Program-made: the position numbers and the translations under genes
NCBI GenBank assembly: GCA_963801355.1
Contig: CAWDEM010000008.1
Span: 2,560,001-2,624,000 of the forward strand
Direction: 5' to 3'
Length of the DNA: 64,000 nt
DNA from: Ignavibacteriota bacterium
GTDB lineage: Bacteria > Bacteroidota > Ignavibacteria > UBA10030 > UBA6906
Notes under the pieces: model-generated
Seen by the model: only the letters and a program-made list of their open reading frames with translations
Database searches by the model: none
What the model was told of the DNA's origin: nothing
Shown: positions 58,101-64,000 of the stretch, one piece after another
Layout: the number at the start of each line of letters is the position of its first letter
Numbering within the stretch: the first letter of the stretch is position 1

Positions 58101-58451
58101 CAGGAGCTGTCCCGGTCAATCATCGTGAACACCGGAACCAGCTCGGTTGGCCCGGAGGGTGCAGTGCCAGTGCAATTTGAGCTGCTTCAGAATTTTCCAA
58201 ACCCCTTCAACCCGTCGACAACAATACCCTACGCCCTGCCGCGAGAAAGCCGGGTAACGCTGACGCTCTTCAATACCCTGGGCCAACGCGTCGGTGAGAT
58301 TGTGAACGGGATTCAGTCCGCCGGGTACCATAACACCGTGTGGCAACCGGCACTTGCTTCAGGTGTGTACTTCTATCGTCTGGAGGCGGCGGCGGTCGCG
58401 CAACCCGGCGACCGGTTTTCGCAGACCCGATCGCTCGTGCTGATCCGGTAG
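55140..58451 (+). CDS. T9SS-secreted phosphodiester glycosidase (NAGPA/DUF2233) with Ig-like and CBM-like modules
   Basis: Signal peptide, VNADFF, RHPRTFVG, VDGRQ, NFDGGGSTTM, ERSVAN; C-terminal QNFPNPFNPSTTI...GVYFYRL. Confidence 0.88.
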   Translation: MNTRNSCRLLLVAAATLVISIQALAQPGLVSRRAVAPGVVHKQFLLAGPNTLDVLEVTLADPFITLESYRPDGLVRTTAQASAIDRLGHRVIGSVNADFFSFETGWPVGNQVVNGVIALGVSSSRSHLAIGADRQPYIDRLAFRGTVWSRGGTSYTISQVNNDRAASTLAFFTTFRGATTRTDASGTECAVEFLDPPRAGDTLRARIIALGTGNMVIPPSGGILSAGSGAPAEFISANLQIGDTVHIFLGFNRPLHSIVQTLGGAGRFLAGGRNVTDSMSTLEGIGTSFTGARHPRTFVGFNADTSLLYLCTVDGRQTSSIGMTFAEMASFMVSIGASEAFNFDGGGSTTMAVRGEIVNSPSDPAGERSVANSLHVICTAPLGTLHALSVLPGRSEVFQGGTLQFTATGTDEFYNPIDIPADAVWEADPVIGTITSSGLFTASKTNDSGWVKLRWQGVADSVRVVVHLLKFITVYPSALVMVPGERVTLLVRAEDSAGRKVTLDNHQVTFASPAAAINADALGLVTARDFGSGALGVSLDTMRADVPFNFSGNDTAIVADPMRSLFNWDTTLVNLSATGVQVELTSDPVVTAPPALRIAYAIPDVHGELHLKCNIPLSGRIDSLFIRANGSGNGDTIRFVVRDKDGDLFLLTTGGAVTWSNEWRTPGVTTSKAVPFGAPAMDYPLSITQIRIGFGRASLAGGMITGTLVLDDLGAHYPLRTVAPQVLFDFESGISGWYTPLQANAAQEVGIDRNASTLVASAEQAYQGSYSGKWTFVDDAASTADWDVRITRNTTGDLGNMLRGSYIGAWVYASGETSTELQTVVRGGNGQICAGPRFPVHHHGWKLIGTKLDEGLFSPYLTSGVITDAGNKFNGFRLCGPNSVLSGQTRVYYIDKLVTSALTVPTGFTGFSVEWSDPLARLHWTVNSEISIDRYAIERGAGGVFVEIGSMQGGGNVDTTVEYEYVDTPPANASVEYRIRQITNDGGQELSRSIIVNTGTSSVGPEGAVPVQFELLQNFPNPFNPSTTIPYALPRESRVTLTLFNTLGQRVGEIVNGIQSAGYHNTVWQPALASGVYFYRLEAAAVAQPGDRFSQTRSLVLIR

Positions 58452-58459
58452 AAACAGAG

Positions 58460-58477
58460 GGGTGCGGTGACGCACCC
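58460..58477. terminator. Small hairpin between convergent genes
   Basis: GGGTGCG-GTGA-CGCACCC; no U-tract. Confidence 0.3.
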
Positions 58478-58496
58478 ACCTGGATACGCTTCCCGG

Positions 58497-60948
58497 CTAC
58501 GCACTCACCCGGATACGCCTTCTGATTGCATTCAACGGCAGGGCCGTGCGGAAGCGCACCCTGCGCACATCCCCCGCATCGCAATCAAAGTAGTTGTCTT
58601 CAAAATCCACATCTGCGCCGCGGACCTCCAGCACGACAGCCTTCGCGAACCGGCGGGCGGTTACAACCGCACTGTAGGTGCCGTCAGGCTCGGTGACCAC
58701 GCGGACCCGCAGCCCGGGGTCCGGCAACTTCATGTGTTTGGGTTCAGCAAAGAAAAGCCGGTTTTCTGCAACGAACGCCCCGTCGATCTCCAGGCGCCCG
58801 TACAGGTAGTGCGTCTGTGCCTCCAATCGTGTCAACCCGGAAATCGCAAGCACGGAAACCAGGCGGGAGGCATTTGCCGGAACCTGCACATGTTCCTGGA
58901 TGAGGGGATGGATGGATCCATGGAGATCCCGGAGTTGCACAATGAGTGTTCCGCCGACAGGCTCCGCTGTATCGTTCGTGAGCCAGGCCTCCACCCCGCC
59001 GCCGTTGTTTCTATATGACAGCAGCACCGGGGCGAAGAAGCGACGTGCCGCAAAGTATGCGGGTTTGGGGCGCAACCCGCTATCAATAACGGACCAGCTG
59101 GAGACGGGCCAGCAGTCGTTGAGCTGCCAGAAAAGCGCCCCTGCGGTATGGAACTTGCGTCTGCGCCAGTGCTCGACCGCACACTTCAACGCATCCGCCT
59201 GAACAAGCTGGCATCGCCGGATCCATTCCGCGAACGTTGCGGGCACGGGATAGTGGGCGGTGACAAAACGCATCAAGCGTTCCTGACCTTCCACCTGCTT
59301 GTTGTGGTGCTCTACCGCCGGATGCGACGGGGTGCATTCCGAGGGATGCAACGCCTCATGCCACGTGCGGAGCGTGGCCGGAGCCTGGAAGCCAAATTCG
59401 GTGACAAAGCGCGCCTGGTCGTGGCGGTATTCCGGATAGTCCTTCCAGCCGGCCCAGACTTCCCACTGGTGATGATTCCCGCTCCGTTGATCGTTCGGAA
59501 AGCCCTTGCCGAACGGGGAACTGCGCCAGTATGGACGCGTCCCATCCTCCCTGTGCACGACATCCGCAAGCAACGTCCGGAATATCGACGCGCCGTGCAT
59601 GTCGTCGGCTGTCTTTGTGGGATTCGCCGAGCAGAACTGCCACTCACACTCGTTGTTGCCGCACCAGAGGACGATGCAGGGATGATTTCGCAGGCGACGC
59701 ACCGCCTTTGTCGCCTCGTCCCGGACGCTCCGGAGAAACCAGCCCTGGTGGGGATACTCGCCGCAGGCAAACATGAAATCCTGCCAGACCATCAAACCCA
59801 GACGATCACATGTTGCATAGAACCTTTCATCTTCGTACACACCGCCCCCCCACACCCTGAGCATATTCATGTGAGCGTCCCGGGCCATCGTCAGAAGGCG
59901 CTCGTAAGTTTCTTCAGGGACACGCGGGAGGAAATTGTCGGAGGGGATCCAATCCGCACCCTTGCAGAAGATCTTCCTTCCGTTGATCTCCACGATGAAC
60001 GACTCTCCCTCCTGGTCGCGCCTTTGAACCAGCCTGACGTTCCGGATGCCAAACTGCACTTCCCGTTCATCCAGAACCTCTCCAGCGGGATTCAAGAGCG
60101 TAAACACCGCACTATAGAGCGGCTGCTCACCCTGTCCGTTAGGCCACCAGAGATGCGGGGATGGAACGAGGACGTGCAGGGTTGTGGAGGAACCACGGAC
60201 AGTGACTTCCCGTTCCACCTGCCAGCCATGACCGCCGACGAAGAGCCGGAGGAGAATATGGTGAGCGGTCGGCACGCACGAGCGATGTTGTGATTTCCAG
60301 CATCGCATCCCGGGCGGCGATGCTCTCCGTCCGGACCACGGGATTGTCAAGGCGGGCACCGCTCCATGCTTCGAGGCGGATGCCGCGCCAGATACCGGAT
60401 GTGGTCAGCTTCGGCCCCCAATCCCAGCCAAACGAGTATTGTGCTTTGCGTGCATAGACTCTGTGGGACTCAAGGGCCACATGTAACGCTCCGTGGCGCT
60501 GCTCCAGCGCGCGGGAACGGTCCACGGGCGAATCGAAGATGATCTCCAGCGTGTTCTTCCCCGGCTTCAGTACATGCTTGATGGGCAACCGGTGTTCGAC
60601 GAACATGTTCTCTGTTTTGCCGATAGTCTTGCCGTTGCAGCGGATCTCTGCATACGTGTCCAGACCCTCTGCAACCAGCTCCACGCTCCGTTCTTTCAGC
60701 AGCTGGCCGGGGACGGAGAACGTGCGCCGATAGACCCATTGCTGATTCTCAACCCACTGTACATCGGATTCCGCCATGCCCGTCGAGGGATCCGGGATGA
60801 GTCCGGCCGCAAGAAGATCCGTATGCACGGTGCCGGGGACGGATGCGGGCATCCATCGCAGGACCCGGCGGTGCGCGGCCGGGAGCCTCCGGTCTGCATC
60901 AAGTGCCCGAAGCGTCCAGACTCCGTTCAGATCCACCGTGTTCTTCAT
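58497..60948 (-). pseudogene. GH2 beta-mannosidase split by one frameshift near 60260-60280 (pseudogene or sequence error)
   Basis: N-part (VPGTVHTDL, EGLDTYA, RKAQYSFGWDWGP) and C-part (LWWPNG, RVWGGG, WCGNNE, TEFGFQ, WQLNDCWP) lie in different frames. Confidence 0.85.
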
Positions 60949-60987
60949 CGGTCACCTACGGAAATTATGGAATTGGTCATGTGCGAT

Positions 60988-61770
60988 TCACCCTTCTCCG
61001 TTTCTCACCGCAATCATCTGGGCCACAATGCTCACAGCAATCTCTTCGGGTGTATGCGAACCGATTGGGAATCCCACCGGGGCGTGCACCGCGGCCAACC
61101 GGGCATCGGAGACCCCCTCGTGCCGCAATTCCTCAAAGAGACCGTGGATCTTCTTCGCGCTGCCAAGCAGGCCGATGTACTTGAAAGGCTGATCGAGCAA
61201 CTGCCGAATGACGGTACCGTCATGCTGGTGACCATGGGTCATAATGACGGCATATGCCTGTGCGGGGAATGTAAGATGGGAAAGGATCTCTTCGTACGGA
61301 CCGCAGACCGTCCGGCCCGCACGGGGATGTTTCTCGGATGAGGCCCACTCCGGCCGGTTGTCGTACACGGTGACATTGAACTCAACCCACGATGCAAGCC
61401 AGGAGAGTGCAACACCGCAATGGCCACCGCCGAATATGATGAGCGGGACTCCACCGTGCAGCGGCTCGACCAGAATTTCCTCCACGCCACCACACACCAT
61501 GGCCGTCGCGAATTCCGCCCCGGTCCTGCTCCCCAGGTCAAACCCCCACTTCACCTCCGACACCGGACGTTCGGCCATCACCTTGTCAATCACGAGCTTT
61601 TCCAGCTCTCCCCCGCCGATTGTCCCGCGGATCGAGCCTTCGGCAAGGACAATCATCTTCATCCCCAGCCGCGCGGGAGTGGAGCCCGTCGTTGTGACGA
61701 CGGTGGTCAGCCAGGAGGGTTGATGTCCCCGTGCCGCGTCGGCCATCATGTCATAGAAGTCCCGCATCAT
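60988..61770 (-). CDS. xdhC: XdhC/CoxI family molybdoenzyme maturation factor
   Basis: GSTPAR, GTIGGG, MVCGG, FGGGH, YIGLLGS, PVGFPIGSHTPEEIAVSI. Confidence 0.92.
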   Translation of the reverse strand: MMRDFYDMMADAARGHQPSWLTTVVTTTGSTPARLGMKMIVLAEGSIRGTIGGGELEKLVIDKVMAERPVSEVKWGFDLGSRTGAEFATAMVCGGVEEILVEPLHGGVPLIIFGGGHCGVALSWLASWVEFNVTVYDNRPEWASSEKHPRAGRTVCGPYEEILSHLTFPAQAYAVIMTHGHQHDGTVIRQLLDQPFKYIGLLGSAKKIHGLFEELRHEGVSDARLAAVHAPVGFPIGSHTPEEIAVSIVAQMIAVRNGEG

Positions 61771-61773
61771 TCT

Positions 61774-62367
61774 TCACATCTCCGTTTGTGGTAGTGCGGA
61801 GAAATCCCCCGGCGTGTTGATGTTCCGCAACACACCCGGATCGTCGACCGCAAGACGTGTCACCGGTACTCCCGATGCCGCAATAATCGCGCGCAATGTG
61901 TCGCCATCTCCGGATGCGCGCACGCGGGCAAAAAGGGCCCGCGGAATAAGCACCGGGTGCCCTGCGCGACCCTGGAATGATGGTTTGATGACCGCATCGC
62001 CTTCGCAACGACCCGCTGCGACGAGTCTCCTGACGGTTTCCGCCTGCACACACGGATGATCCACCGGCAGTATCACCACGCTTTTACACGAGGAAACCAG
62101 GTCCATGCCCAACCTCACGGACGAGAGCATATCTCCGGCATCGGACGGATTACTCACAAATGGCGTCCCGGGAACCTCGGCGACCGCCCATGCTCGCTCT
62201 TCCGGCGATACCACACCTGCCACTACATCGGCACCTGCTGCACGGAGCATACGAACACACCGGTACAGAAAAGTCTCTCCGCCGGTCGAAAGCCGCAACT
62301 TCGCCGTGCCGATTCTCCTCCCCTTCCCTGCCGCCAGTACGAGGGCGCCGATGACGCCGGCCGTCAT
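61774..62367 (-). CDS. mocA: Molybdenum cofactor cytidylyltransferase-like nucleotidyltransferase
   Basis: LAAGKGRRIG, PVDHP, GHPVL, NINTPGD; next to xdhC. Confidence 0.8.
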   Translation of the reverse strand: MTAGVIGALVLAAGKGRRIGTAKLRLSTGGETFLYRCVRMLRAAGADVVAGVVSPEERAWAVAEVPGTPFVSNPSDAGDMLSSVRLGMDLVSSCKSVVILPVDHPCVQAETVRRLVAAGRCEGDAVIKPSFQGRAGHPVLIPRALFARVRASGDGDTLRAIIAASGVPVTRLAVDDPGVLRNINTPGDFSALPQTEM

Positions 62368-63821
62368 GCCTGCAGACCGACTTCGGTGTTGAACCTGGCG
62401 ATCAATTGGTCGAACTCCTTGACTTCTTCCTCAAACCGCTCGGTCCAGTAGGCCGGATCCCATTGCGCATTGAGTTCTTCCGTTGTCTTGCCTTGCTGCT
62501 CGACCCAGGTATAATACTTCAGATTGTGAATCGCTTTGCGATCGATATACGTGAGTTCCTTGAAGAAGTCTGTCCGTTGGTGCAGCAACGGACCTTCCAG
62601 GTCGCGGTGTCCCTGAACCGTCGAATATGCGCCGCGCTCCCCGCGCAGTTCTTCGAGCCGTGAGTGATACATCTCCGCGGAATCAGTGAAGACGGTGAAG
62701 ATAACGTCCTTCTCCGAGAGATCGTAGTACCGCGCTGTCTTGATAGCAGCCAGAAGATTGCAGATCGAGGAGATGCCAAGCAATGGCAACGCATCGAGAG
62801 TGGTTTCAGGGGCACCCGACGCACGCAAGACGGTTCTCCCGGGTTCTTCGTTGAAGAGGCGCAGAATGCGCATGCAGTCTTCGTCGTCAACCGCCGCCAC
62901 GCAATCCGTGGAACGGACATTGTGCACCCAGGGCACATGCTTGTCACCTATCCCTTCGATGCGGTGCCCACCAAAGCCGTTCATCAGGAGGGTCGGGCAT
63001 TGCAGCGCTTCGGTGGCGACGACTTTCACACCGGGATAGACTTTCTTGAGATAGTCGCCCGTGGCAATTGTGCCTGCGGATCCGGTCGCAGAGATGTATG
63101 CTGCGGGGCGCGCGCCCGGACAGACAGTCCGGTGGACTTCTTCCACCGCCGGTCCGGTGACGTTGTAGTGGAAGATCGGATTGCCGAATTCGTCGAACTG
63201 ATTGAAAATCACATTCACAGGATCTTCACGGAGTTCCCAGCACTTGTCGTAGATTTCTTTCACGTTTGATTCGCATCCGGGAGTGGCAATCACCTGCGCC
63301 CCGATTTGCTGCAGCCAGGTGAAACGTTCGCGGGACATTTCTTCCGGAAGGATCGCCACTGCAGTGCAGCCGAGCAACGCACAGTCGAATGCCCCGCCGC
63401 GGCAATAGTTGCCTGTGGAAGGCCACACTGCGCGATCCCGCTCCGGATCGAACTCCCCGCTGACCAGCCGCGGCACCAGACAGCCGAATGCAGCCCCCAC
63501 TTTGTGTGCTCCGGTCGGAAAGAACTTGCCGGTCAGACCTATCACACGCGCGCGCACGCCCGTAATCTCCCCGGGTATTTCGATCCAGTTGACTCCGCCG
63601 AATCCGCCCGTCTTTACATCGTTTTTCCACGTAATGCGAAACAGGTTCAGCGGATTCACATCCCAGAGCCCGACTCCGGCAAGCCGCCGCGTGATCGCGG
63701 GGGGAATGGTCTCCGGATCGCGCAGCTGGCTGAATGTCGGGATGACAATCTGCCTGTCGCGGCACCGCCGCGCGGTTTTCCTGATGACATCCGGATGCAT
63801 GGTCTTGATGATGGTTGACAT
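62364..63821 (-). CDS. Fold-type II PLP-dependent enzyme (cysteine synthase/dehydratase-like)
   Basis: FPTGAHKVGA, WPSTGNYCRGG, ATGSAGT, HRIEGIGDKH. Confidence 0.8.
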   Translation of the reverse strand: MSTIIKTMHPDVIRKTARRCRDRQIVIPTFSQLRDPETIPPAITRRLAGVGLWDVNPLNLFRITWKNDVKTGGFGGVNWIEIPGEITGVRARVIGLTGKFFPTGAHKVGAAFGCLVPRLVSGEFDPERDRAVWPSTGNYCRGGAFDCALLGCTAVAILPEEMSRERFTWLQQIGAQVIATPGCESNVKEIYDKCWELREDPVNVIFNQFDEFGNPIFHYNVTGPAVEEVHRTVCPGARPAAYISATGSAGTIATGDYLKKVYPGVKVVATEALQCPTLLMNGFGGHRIEGIGDKHVPWVHNVRSTDCVAAVDDEDCMRILRLFNEEPGRTVLRASGAPETTLDALPLLGISSICNLLAAIKTARYYDLSEKDVIFTVFTDSAEMYHSRLEELRGERGAYSTVQGHRDLEGPLLHQRTDFFKELTYIDRKAIHNLKYYTWVEQQGKTTEELNAQWDPAYWTERFEEEVKEFDQLIARFNTEVGLQA

Positions 63822-63856
63822 GGGTATCCTGGTTCTCTACGTCGTGTATGGAGGAT

Positions 63857-64000
63857 TCACATCCCCTTCTCCAGAGTCCGCGCGGTGCCGCGACGGACGA
63901 GTGACTCCATCGCTTGCACCGGGTCACTCATGCGCGTCAGAAAAATGAGTGCCGCAATGACGAATGGTTTGAAACTCGCCTGCCGGTAGGTGGCGATGCG
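63857..64000 (-). CDS. ygeW: 3' end of a YgeW-type knotted carbamoyltransferase (truncated by the window edge)
   Basis: Not in the ORF track; translates to RIATYRQASFKPFVIAALIFLTR..., matching the C-terminus of E. coli YgeW as I recall it (RIATYKEASWKPYIIAAMIL). Confidence 0.8.
   Translation of the reverse strand, partial: RIATYRQASFKPFVIAALIFLTRMSDPVQAMESLVRRGTARTLEKGM

Overview
A GC-rich chromosomal window from an FCB-group bacterium, probably Ignavibacteria/Bacteroidota-like. Two proteins carry the FPNPFNP-type T9SS C-terminal domain, while the promoters are canonical TTGACA-N17-TATAAT type. From left to right: (1) a Wzx/Wzy-type exopolysaccharide locus (wzc, SLBB protein, wzy-like polymerase, three glycosyltransferases, AlgD-like dehydrogenase, FemAB-like GNAT, deacetylase, DegT aminotransferase), preceded by a 3186-aa repetitive T9SS surface protein; (2) an EamA transporter, a degenerate LMW-PTP-like protein, C45 and M14 peptidases, DUF6599, two divergent Tat-exported DUF362 proteins, a membrane polyferredoxin and a transglutaminase-like protein; (3) a stand-alone trpB2 under a Trp-Trp-Trp leader-peptide attenuator; (4) a tightly packed run of archease, rtcB, alaX, a CDF transporter, a monoheme cytochrome-porin, addA and addB, preceded by a tandem hairpin array and a ~150-nt structured RNA that I cannot assign to a family, with its own promoter and terminator; (5) an acyl-CoA synthetase, a methyltransferase, a YccM-like ferredoxin and an Rrf2 regulator with a palindromic operator; (6) a T9SS phosphodiester glycosidase, a frameshifted GH2 beta-mannosidase and the tail of an anaerobic purine-catabolism cluster (ygeW 3' end, PLP enzyme, mocA, xdhC). 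No rRNA, tRNA, CRISPR array or mobile element was seen. All calls come from motif recognition by eye; no database search was run.
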